Shown here: one piece after another, positions 37,894 to 45,503 of the stretch
How the letters are laid out: each line of letters begins with the position of its first letter
How positions within the stretch are numbered: the first letter of the stretch is position 1
Assembly (NCBI GenBank): GCA_965279515.1
Contig: CBDIID010000003.1
Span: forward strand, 4,768,001 to 4,832,000
DNA: 64,000 nt
Reading direction: 5' to 3'
Source of the DNA: Turneriella sp.
Lineage (GTDB): Bacteria; Spirochaetota; Leptospiria; Turneriellales; Turneriellaceae
Notes under the pieces: generated by a model
What the model was told of the DNA's origin: nothing
The model's database searches: none
Seen by the model: only the letters and a program-made list of their open reading frames with translations
Made by a program: the position numbers and the translations under genes

Positions 37894-38986
37894 TGGTGCT
37901 TAGCCTTGCCGAAACGTCATAGACGGAGATGGGTTCGAAAATTTCTACCTCGCGCGACTTGCCGCGGATTTTTTCCTGCAGTTTAATGCGCCGGCATTCG
38001 ACGGCATTTTTTACGAGGTCCTGTGTTTTGCCGTCGATCAGGATATTTGTTTTGGTAACTTTATTGAGTGCTTCCAGCCGGCTGGCGACGTTGACGACGT
38101 CGCCCAGCACCGTGTATTCGAGGCGGCGGAAAGAACCGACCGTGCCGGAGAAAACATTGCCCGTCGCGATGCCGATACCGAAGCCGATATCGTCTGTGAG
38201 ATAGGGGGGCTTTACCTGATTGAAAAGTACCATCGATTCCTTGATCGCCATCGCGCAGGTCACCGCATTCAGCGCATCGTTGCCCTGGCTTAACGGCGCG
38301 CCGAACGTCGCCATGATTGCGTCGCCGATGAACTTATTCACGGAACCGTTGTGTGAAAAGATCAAGTCCATAAGATCGGTGAAAAGGATGTTCAGCACCT
38401 CCGCTACGTTTGCGGGTTCAAGCTTCTCGGAAAGTGCGGTGAAATTACGGATGTCGAAAAACATGACTGAGGCCGGAACGATTTCCGGCTGCATCATGGA
38501 ACCCGAATCCGTGATCTTCTGGATCACGTCGTCGGAAAAATACTGCGCCATGATTTTGGATTGCGCTTCGAGACGGTCGTTGGCTTCACGCAGTTTAATG
38601 CGTTCGCTCTGCCGGTCGAGCCAGAGTTTTGCTTTGAGGGTAATTTCGGCATGCCGCAGCGGCTTGATGAGTACTTCGTCGGCTTCTTTTACCAGCGCAA
38701 GCACCGAGGTATCTTCCGTTACGTCCGCGGTCATCATCAGGATGGGCATCGCCGCATGCCTTTTGTCCGAGCGCATGAAATCGAGCACGTCGAGACCCGA
38801 GATATCGGGCAGGTAGATGTCTATGAAGGCAAGGTCATATTGCCTGGCGGCGAGGGCATCGAGCGAGCTTCTGCCGTCCATGAAGTACTCCACGACGTAG
38901 TTCTGCTGTTCCAGCAGGGATTTGAGTATCTCGCCCTGGACTTCGTCGTCTTCGATCAGTAATATGCGTGCACCGCGGCTCTGCAT
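37886..38986 (-). CDS. Response-regulator adenylate/guanylate cyclase (REC + class III cyclase)
   Basis: LIEDD...IDIYLP receiver; FFDIRNFT, KFIGDAIM, GDVVNVASRLE. Confidence 0.93.
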   Translation of the reverse strand: MQSRGARILLIEDDEVQGEILKSLLEQQNYVVEYFMDGRSSLDALAARQYDLAFIDIYLPDISGLDVLDFMRSDKRHAAMPILMMTADVTEDTSVLALVKEADEVLIKPLRHAEITLKAKLWLDRQSERIKLREANDRLEAQSKIMAQYFSDDVIQKITDSGSMMQPEIVPASVMFFDIRNFTALSEKLEPANVAEVLNILFTDLMDLIFSHNGSVNKFIGDAIMATFGAPLSQGNDALNAVTCAMAIKESMVLFNQVKPPYLTDDIGFGIGIATGNVFSGTVGSFRRLEYTVLGDVVNVASRLEALNKVTKTNILIDGKTQDLVKNAVECRRIKLQEKIRGKSREVEIFEPISVYDVSARLSTSV

Positions 38987-39018
38987 CCACCGTCAATGGC
39001 GGATTCATTTTCACCGGG

Positions 39019-39321
39019 TCAAATATATGTCAGGGACTCGAAGTCTTTGTCGATGAGTGAGCGGTTCACGTTCTGAATCGCCACACGGTAGGCGATGTAC
39101 ATGTTCTGCGAGCAGAGATTGCGGTAGCGCACGAGGTCGAAGCCGTAAATCTGCGAGCGGAAGTAATTACCCGTGTTCATTTTCTCACGCATGTCGCGGC
39201 TGCAGAACCCCAAGGCGTCGTCGAGTACGGCAAAACCCTCGGGTTGCAGAAATTCATTGCGGTGAACGAATACGCCCTCGCGCTGCATGGCGATAAGCAT
39301 TTTTACGCGGTATTGTTGCAT
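39019..39321 (-). CDS. Hypothetical protein (~100 aa)
   Basis: Fills the gap between gspG and the cyclase on the same strand; start ATG 39321. Confidence 0.5.
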   Translation of the reverse strand: MQQYRVKMLIAMQREGVFVHRNEFLQPEGFAVLDDALGFCSRDMREKMNTGNYFRSQIYGFDLVRYRNLCSQNMYIAYRVAIQNVNRSLIDKDFESLTYI

Positions 39322-39410
39322 GGTGCCCAGGGCACCGAAACGAGGGCGGCATGTTATGCCGCCGACCATCGGGCCGACCTTTTATGATCGGCCGCGTGGT
39401 TGGTCGAACT

Positions 39411-39848
39411 TTACTTGTCGAGAATGGTGTTCAGGTCAATATCGGCGTCGTCTTTTTCTCCGCCTTCTTTACCGTCGGCGCCCATACTCATGATTTTAGC
39501 CTGGCTGCCTTCGAGACTGTACTTGAACTTATTTTTCCACGGATCCAGCAGGTAACGTTTATCCATGTATGGCCCGCCCCAGCCTTCGAGGCCTGGTGGC
39601 TGCGTCACGAGGGCATCCAAACCCTCTTCGTTTGTGGGATTACGCCCGAACTTATTCTTGAATTCGAACAGCGCAAATTGGATTTTGCCATACGTCACTT
39701 TCATTTCAACTTCGGCCTTTGCCCGGCCGGCTTTGTCGTCTTTGAGTACCACGAGCAGAACTCCCATGAGTCCGCCCAAAATCACGAGTACTACCATGAG
39801 TTCGATCAGAGTAAACCCGCGTCTTTTTCTCAGCTTTAGTATCTTCAT
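39411..39848 (-). CDS. gspG: Type II secretion major pseudopilin
   Basis: RRG/FTLIELMVV prepilin site, PTNEEGLDALV, WGGPY, DPWKNKFKY, SMGADGKEGG. Confidence 0.93.
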   Translation of the reverse strand: MKILKLRKRRGFTLIELMVVLVILGGLMGVLLVVLKDDKAGRAKAEVEMKVTYGKIQFALFEFKNKFGRNPTNEEGLDALVTQPPGLEGWGGPYMDKRYLLDPWKNKFKYSLEGSQAKIMSMGADGKEGGEKDDADIDLNTILDK

Positions 39849-39926
39849 ACATCCGCCTGAGACAGCTTGGCTTTGGTGACAAGTATAAAATGCTTTGCTT
39901 TGCGGGTAAAATATCAATTCTAACCT

Positions 39927-41288
39927 ATGCGTAAGGCCCTCGGCAGTCTCTTCGCGCTGATTATCAGCGCGTTTATCATTTCGACAATTGTGTCATTTTT
40001 TATGCGGGAGGGCTTTGAAAATCTGCCCGTCAAATCTTCCTCGACCCCGGTAAAACTGACGCGGCGCATGCAAGAGACGACCTTCACAGTTTCGACGGAA
40101 TACGTCTCGCGCTACGATTATAACTGGCTGGCAGAAAAACTGCAGATCCTGAAAGATAAGAATGGCCGCCGTATTCTGCCCGTGCCGGTAAATTTTTATC
40201 AGGGCAATAACCTGACCCACGCGGAATATCCCTTTGCCGGCCTCGACATGGTCGACGGGGATTGCAACCTGCGGACAGAAAAGATCGCCGCCACCCGGCA
40301 GTATTTTAAATCGCTGCAGGTATCGGGCGGCGAAAACAAAAAAGTCGGCCTCCACCTCGCTTCTTTTCGCGCCATTCCCGAAGGCGTGACGCTGCATTAT
40401 ACCGACACCGCGCCGCGCGCTGCAAAATGCCTTGCTGCGCAAATTGTCGCGCTCGGCGAAATCTCCTTCTTACAAGATTCCGTTAGCCTCGTGCTGCCAG
40501 CCTACCAGGCACTGCGGGTTAACCTCGCGCCGGGCGAGCGCAAACAGCTCATCGAGAACGCCGGGCGCAACATCGCGGCCGCCATTGCCGAGGCCTATAA
40601 GAAAAACCCCGCGCAGCAGGTGCGTATCATCCTCACGAATGCAATCCCCTACGCCGCAGCGCAGAGCCTGCCCTTCAGCGAACTCGCCGGCCAGTTCGTG
40701 GGATTAACCCCCGATGAACTGGCCTCGGTCAAAGCTGTGGCCCTGGCAGCGGGCGGCTCTCCCGATCTCGACAAGCGCATAGAATTTGGCCTCGATACCT
40801 CGGTCGTCTGGCAGCTCTGGCAAACTCCGAAAGTGCCTTATTTTAAAGACGCCTCGGGCGAGCCATTGCTCTATGAAGATATGGTATTGTCGCTGCGCCG
40901 TTCGCTCGCCGACATCGACGCAGCGGGCGTCATCCAGAACCGCAAGCTCAAGGCCATCTATGCTTCTTATGCGCGCGATAACGACGAGAAAAAGAAGTGG
41001 GGCGAGAGCATCAACCTGCCATACCAGCGCTCGAGCGGCGAGCGCCTGATGAAACTGCAGGTACAAATGCTGCTCGACATCTATGATTTCTCGGCGGTCG
41101 GCCTCGAGAGCGAAACCTATGTCGCCTTAGAGATGCCGTCGCGGCAAAAATTCCCACTGCTGCACGCCACCATTCGCCCGCTGGCGCGTAAGCTTGGCTT
41201 CGATGAGAAAAAAGACGGCTCTGATATTTCAGAAATCGAAAACTCCCTGCTGCTGATGCGCACTGCGATGGCACAGGCCGGCAAGTAG
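39927..41288 (+). CDS. Membrane-anchored protein with degenerate endonuclease IV-like TIM barrel
   Basis: N-terminal TM; VRIILTNA, FGLDTS, LKAIYASYARD, VALEMP align in order with Nfo motifs. Confidence 0.55.
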   Translation: MRKALGSLFALIISAFIISTIVSFFMREGFENLPVKSSSTPVKLTRRMQETTFTVSTEYVSRYDYNWLAEKLQILKDKNGRRILPVPVNFYQGNNLTHAEYPFAGLDMVDGDCNLRTEKIAATRQYFKSLQVSGGENKKVGLHLASFRAIPEGVTLHYTDTAPRAAKCLAAQIVALGEISFLQDSVSLVLPAYQALRVNLAPGERKQLIENAGRNIAAAIAEAYKKNPAQQVRIILTNAIPYAAAQSLPFSELAGQFVGLTPDELASVKAVALAAGGSPDLDKRIEFGLDTSVVWQLWQTPKVPYFKDASGEPLLYEDMVLSLRRSLADIDAAGVIQNRKLKAIYASYARDNDEKKKWGESINLPYQRSSGERLMKLQVQMLLDIYDFSAVGLESETYVALEMPSRQKFPLLHATIRPLARKLGFDEKKDGSDISEIENSLLLMRTAMAQAGK

Positions 41289-41292
41289 CCCG

Positions 41293-41682
41293 GTGGCGGG
41301 TTTACCCGTGCTGCATCCTTATACCGCTCTCGTCTGGGGCATGGGGATCTCCCTCGTGCTGTTTTTTGCAGCGTATTTTCAGCGCACGCGCAACAACCGC
41401 CTGCACCGGATGCTGGCGATCGGCGGCGTTGTTTTTAACCTCGTCAGCAGCGTCTACCTCGTCTACATGGTTCGGATCGTCGGTGTTGAAATGGCCGCGC
41501 GTTTTCCGGCAGCCGTTGTCATCACACACCGCCTGTTTGCGACCGCCATGGCCCTGACGATGCTGGCAATGCTTTATACGGGCATCCGCCGCAGCCGCAA
41601 CGCGCATATTGCCCTGCACCGCATCTTTTTACCGGGTTACACGCTGACTTATATTTCCGGATTGGTGATTTTTCACGGATGA
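41293..41682 (+). CDS. DUF420-like small membrane protein
   Basis: Four TMs with spaced His residues (LHRM, THRL, AHIALH). Confidence 0.65.
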   Translation: MAGLPVLHPYTALVWGMGISLVLFFAAYFQRTRNNRLHRMLAIGGVVFNLVSSVYLVYMVRIVGVEMAARFPAAVVITHRLFATAMALTMLAMLYTGIRRSRNAHIALHRIFLPGYTLTYISGLVIFHG

Positions 41683-42563
41683 GCACCCCAGATTATATCG
41701 TCGGCGACGATGCACAAAAAAAGCACCTGACAGAGATCCAAAGCAAAAAGGCGGCGGATGTCAGCGTAGACGACCTCAAATTCCTTTCTAACAGAATCCG
41801 GCAGAATGCCGTAGAAATGGTGTTCCGCGCGAATTCCGGGCATCCGGGCGGCCCCCTGGGTCTTGCTGACATCTATGCCTACCTCTATTTTAAAGTCATG
41901 AAACTCGAAGGCTCCGACCGCGACCGCCTGCTGATCAGCAACGGCCACGTCTGCGCGGTGCGTTACAGCGCGATGGCGATCCGCGGCCAGTTGGGTGAGG
42001 GCGAGCTTGCCACATTCCGCCGTGTCGGTTCGCGCCTGCAGGGGCATCCCTCGACGAAATTTTTTCCCCTGGTCGAAAACTCGAGTGGCTCGCTGGGGCA
42101 GGGCCTGGCCAATGCCAGTGGCCTCGCCCTAGGCTTACGCTTTCAGAAAAACCCGGGCCGCGTGTTCCTGGGCATGTCTGACGGCGAATGCCAGGAAGGC
42201 ATGACGTGGGAAGCAGCGATGGCCGCGGCGCATAACAAGCTCACGAACATCCATCCCTTTCTCGATTTCAACAATATCCAGATCGACGGCAAGGTCGAAA
42301 AGGTCATGGGTATCGAGCCGCTCGACAAAAAATTTGCGGGCTTTGGCTGGCTGGTCCGCGTCGCCGACGGCCACGATTTCGGCGCGATCGCCGAGGCCTT
42401 CGACTGGTCGCTAAAAAACGAAGGCGCGCCGAAAATTATACTCTTCAAAACCGTGCTCGGCAAGGGCGTTTCTTTTATGGAAAACAACCCTGACTGGCAT
42501 GGCTCTCCGCCGAACCAAAAGGACCGCGACGCGGCGATGGCAGAGCTTGCGAAAGCAGGCTGA
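41679..42563 (+). CDS. Transketolase, N-terminal (TPP-binding) subunit
   Basis: SGHPGG, DRDRLLISNGH, LQGHP, SGSLGQG, DGECQEGMTWE, KGVSFMEN..WHG. Confidence 0.93.
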   Translation: MSTPDYIVGDDAQKKHLTEIQSKKAADVSVDDLKFLSNRIRQNAVEMVFRANSGHPGGPLGLADIYAYLYFKVMKLEGSDRDRLLISNGHVCAVRYSAMAIRGQLGEGELATFRRVGSRLQGHPSTKFFPLVENSSGSLGQGLANASGLALGLRFQKNPGRVFLGMSDGECQEGMTWEAAMAAAHNKLTNIHPFLDFNNIQIDGKVEKVMGIEPLDKKFAGFGWLVRVADGHDFGAIAEAFDWSLKNEGAPKIILFKTVLGKGVSFMENNPDWHGSPPNQKDRDAAMAELAKAG

Positions 42564-42654
42564 GCCCTCCGAGGGCCACGAATTTTTCTCCGGACGCCGT
42601 TTGGCGATAATCAAGGCCGCTGCGCTTGTGGAAGCGATTCCACGGGGGCGGGAA

Positions 42655-42742
42655 ACATTGCATCGCATTTTACCGGGGCTGCTGGCTAAGGAGTCAGGGG
42701 GCGGAGCGGTCGCCCGAGCAGCGCGTAAAATTTGCTGTCTGC
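42655..42742 (-). repeat. Degenerate attC-like site
   Basis: 42718..42742 matches 43575..43599 at 21/25; internal inverted pairs ATTTTAC/GTAAAAT and GCTGCT/AGCAGC; core AAC/GTT triplets appear mutated. Confidence 0.55.
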
Positions 42743-42813
42743 TACGGTCACGAAGGACCTTGAGAAAATTGAGAATATTGTCTTTCGCGCTTCAGTCGAG
42801 ACGCTGCCCTTTT

Positions 42814-43359
42814 TCAGAGCTTGTGAACCATTACATGACGCCTTGTTCCTGCCATCCTCAGAAATTTAAACTTTGCCTTTGCAAAAGTTTGCTTAAAACC
42901 CATAAACCTATAACTGGGTGAACTTGGTTCGACGGGATAAGCCTCTAAGAATTTTGCACCGTTGCTTTTGGCATATTTCTTAGCATGGTGTACCAGGATA
43001 TCCACATATCCACGATCTCTATACTCTTTCTTTATGAAGAAGCATGCAATGGACCAAGTAGGTGTCAAGCTCTCATCACCACCAAGGCGTTCATATGTAT
43101 CCCTCGGTGCAATGGAGCACCATGCGACTGGTTTAGCATCTACATAGCCAAGCAAGCCGATCGGTATCCCGGCCTGAACGCGTTTTCTTATGAATTTCTT
43201 GCGGTTCGGGGACGTATTTTTCTTGAGCTCCTCTTTGGTCATTCTCCAGGCCATGCACCAGCAATAGCTGGGTGCCCCTTTTGAACGAAACAGAGCATCG
43301 AAATCGGCCCACGTTGAGGAATCTACTGCTTTGACAGCGAGTGGCTGAACAACGGACAT
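42814..43359 (-). CDS. GNAT family N-acetyltransferase (cassette 3)
   Basis: CWCMAWR, VAWCSIAPR, WSIACFFIKKEYRDRG, LEAYP. Confidence 0.88.
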   Translation of the reverse strand: MSVVQPLAVKAVDSSTWADFDALFRSKGAPSYCWCMAWRMTKEELKKNTSPNRKKFIRKRVQAGIPIGLLGYVDAKPVAWCSIAPRDTYERLGGDESLTPTWSIACFFIKKEYRDRGYVDILVHHAKKYAKSNGAKFLEAYPVEPSSPSYRFMGFKQTFAKAKFKFLRMAGTRRHVMVHKL

Positions 43360-43488
43360 AATTTTTGCCTAAATTTCCAGAAACTTGCGGGAAATCTTTT
43401 TTCGGTCACTTAGTTTATCCAAAGAAGTGCCCTATTAGGATTAGTTCGGCGGCATGGCAGCCGCCGAGTAGCATTGCGCAACCATGAG

Positions 43489-43597
43489 CGCCAACGTGGA
43501 TTTGACGCTGGTGTCATTTTTTCAATCTGGAAAGCCGATTTGCGTCAAGAAACGTGGTCGTAGCGAGTCGCGGCGCAGCGCTTAAAATTTGTTAGCT
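43489..43597 (-). repeat. attC-like site (short form)
   Basis: Minus strand AGCTAAC (contains the upstream gene's stop) ... TTGACGC/GCGTCAA hairpin ... TCCACGTTGGCG. Confidence 0.7.
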
Positions 43598-44251
43598 GCC
43601 GTATTTTTTTCGTTTTTTGAGACTTTTGGGCATGCGTGCCCAAAGTACGGTTTGTCGAATCAGGCTTTCTGCGCTGCCTTTTGAATCAGCGGTGCTGCCA
43701 ACAATTGAAGCTGGTAAGAATCTGAACCCTGGGCCTAAATCCGTGTGATTGGTAGTACTGATCTCCAAAGTGTTACCGCCTTCATCGGATATTAGCTCAA
43801 TATTCGTGACTTGCTTTAGGGGTAATGTAGTTGATCGACCTTTCCTAACTACATAAAGATTGTCAGCATCTAAGAAGACATCTGGGATATCTTTATGCCT
43901 TCGAAGAAAAATTACGAAGGCAAAAATCGTGATAATGACAAAGGCGCCGGAGGCTAAATTAATCCCTTGGTGCCATACAATGTTCGCGCTTACCAAAACT
44001 AAAATTACCGTCATAATCGGGATAAAGAAACTCCGCTGAAAAGCGCTCGCGCTCGACGAAACCCGAAGTCGGTTTTTTAGCGGCAAGTCCTGAGTAAGAG
44101 CCCACTTCTTGAGTGCCGTTAGGACCATAGCGTGTCTCTTGGGCAATCGGCTGGGGTCGATTTGCTCGGCTAATTCTTGTAGCTCCGGTTGAGTTTTAGT
44201 CTCTAAATAAGCCCAATACTCGATATCGGTATCAATTTTTCTTAAAGCCAT
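43592..44251 (-). CDS. Hypothetical two-TM membrane protein (cassette 2)
   Basis: Two TMs then a beta-rich domain; ATG about 21 nt after the GTT core; stop inside GCTAAC. Confidence 0.75.
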   Translation of the reverse strand: MALRKIDTDIEYWAYLETKTQPELQELAEQIDPSRLPKRHAMVLTALKKWALTQDLPLKNRLRVSSSASAFQRSFFIPIMTVILVLVSANIVWHQGINLASGAFVIITIFAFVIFLRRHKDIPDVFLDADNLYVVRKGRSTTLPLKQVTNIELISDEGGNTLEISTTNHTDLGPGFRFLPASIVGSTADSKGSAESLIRQTVLWARMPKSLKKRKKYGS

Positions 44252-44265
44252 ATTAAAAATATGTC

Positions 44266-44539
44266 AGCCAACGTGGAACTTATCTGGGGTTGAGTGACGC
44301 TTCGTTCAACTTTGTGTTCTGTAAAGCCATTTTGCGTCACTCAATCTGCCCGGAGCGCCTCTGAAGGCAGAGACTCGCCTACGGCTCGTCGCGCGGCAAA
44401 GCACAAAACAAGCGTCCCGCTTGTGCTTTGTCCGCGATCTTTGGCGCGTAGGGCCGGGCATGCGCGACCCGTCTTCGGGTCTCTGCCTTCAGAGGAGCCA
44501 CGGCACCGCAGCGAGCGCAGCAGGTAAATTTTGTTAGGC
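44266..44539 (-). repeat. Long branched attC-like site (274 bp)
   Basis: GCCTAAC-AAAAT-TTACCTG ... CAGATAA-GTTCCAC-GTTGGCT ends; internal 17-bp (44358..44495) and 11-bp (44290..44344) stems. Confidence 0.8.
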
Positions 44540-44563
44540 GCAGTTTTTCTTGGCCACCATGGC

Positions 44564-44755
44564 TCAATTTAAAGCAGATTTGGCTTTAACAGGGGTTGCA
44601 TATTTAAATTTCAAGCCGTATTGTTTCTCGATGGTCTTCACAAATTCAGCATTATCTTGCTCAAGCTTAGCAAAATCATAATCAGCCAGTTTCGTGATTT
44701 GCCGGATTGTTTCGTGCTTAGTCTGTATAATCACATCATCTTTCTGCATATTCAC
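44564..44755 (-). CDS. Small protein coupled to the PIN gene, putative antitoxin
   Basis: 63 aa; start overlaps the PIN stop; DDVII...IRQ...ADYDFAKL pattern. Confidence 0.6.
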   Translation of the reverse strand: MNMQKDDVIIQTKHETIRQITKLADYDFAKLEQDNAEFVKTIEKQYGLKFKYATPVKAKSALN

Positions 44756-45219
44756 CCTCCGTTCTCGAACAGCTCTAATGGGGATATTATACCCGGGGTT
44801 GTCAAACCCAATTTAGCGTTTATCCGCGAGATATGTATGCGTTTGTTTACGTTCACCAAATGGCTGAAATTCCATGAGAGTAGGTAATCAAATTCGTAAA
44901 ATGACGCATAAGCCAGATGGATTGCGTCGCCGCCTTCTTCCTGCGGCATCAAATAATTCTCTACGTAAATCTTGGCAATTTCTTCAATTCGGCTGTGGGG
45001 CGTTAATAGCTTTAAAGTTGCGGCTTCAGCTAGAATTCGATCTTTTCGAGGATAGTTTCCAACCCCCAACTCTCGGATAATTTCAGGAGAAATATAACAA
45101 TCGAATTTTGGCCTTTGGTCAAGCCACCATAGCTTTGTCTGCTTGATGAGATAATTCAAATCAGGTCGTTCATCATGCAGATAGCTCAGAATCGTTGAGT
45201 CAAGATAAACTGTTTTCAT
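44752..45219 (-). CDS. PIN-domain (VapC-like) ribonuclease (cassette 1)
   Basis: MKTVYLDSTILS, ISPEIIREL, GDAIHLAYA, DYLLSWNFSHL. Start ATG 45219. Confidence 0.9.
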   Translation of the reverse strand: MKTVYLDSTILSYLHDERPDLNYLIKQTKLWWLDQRPKFDCYISPEIIRELGVGNYPRKDRILAEAATLKLLTPHSRIEEIAKIYVENYLMPQEEGGDAIHLAYASFYEFDYLLSWNFSHLVNVNKRIHISRINAKLGLTTPGIISPLELFENGG

Positions 45220-45316
45220 TAGAATTGGGAGCAGCCTTCCTACTTGCGAAAAATATCCATGAAACAGGCGGCCAAGAAAAATTGCGCCTAACACCTATTA
45301 CCTGAAAAACTGTGCC

Positions 45317-45503
45317 GTCGTTCCCCGACACCTTACTAAATCGCAAAGATGCCATCCATGGCAGCGATTTAGTCCGTAGCCTCATGCTACCTGGAAACCA
45401 CAAGGACGACCTCCTGTCGGTGGTTTCTCAGTGACCTCCTGTCACCTGACAAATCCGCAAAGATGGCCTCCTGCCAGCGGATTTGTGCGTAACATCCTGT
45501 TAC
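45317..45503 (-). ncRNA. Candidate structured RNA: periodic array of seven hairpins with GGA-type loops
   Basis: Minus-strand loops AGGAU, AGGAG x3, AUGAG, AUGGAU, GGGAA on perfectly paired, sequence-divergent stems. Expression not shown. Confidence 0.55.

Noticed and set aside
41679..42563. Transketolase truncated by the cassette array
   Set aside because: Length and C-terminus match a normal stand-alone N-subunit of split transketolases, with a clean stop.
44294..44567. Short ORFs on both strands within the long palindrome
   Set aside because: They coincide with the attC-like stems and lack coding features.
44521..45304. Insertion sequence bounded by inverted repeats
   Set aside because: The enclosed ORFs are a PIN nuclease and small partner, not a transposase; no target duplication seen; the ends fit cassette cores.
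45317..45503. CRISPR array
   Set aside because: Units share structure rather than an identical direct repeat, there are no unique spacers, and no cas genes are in the window.
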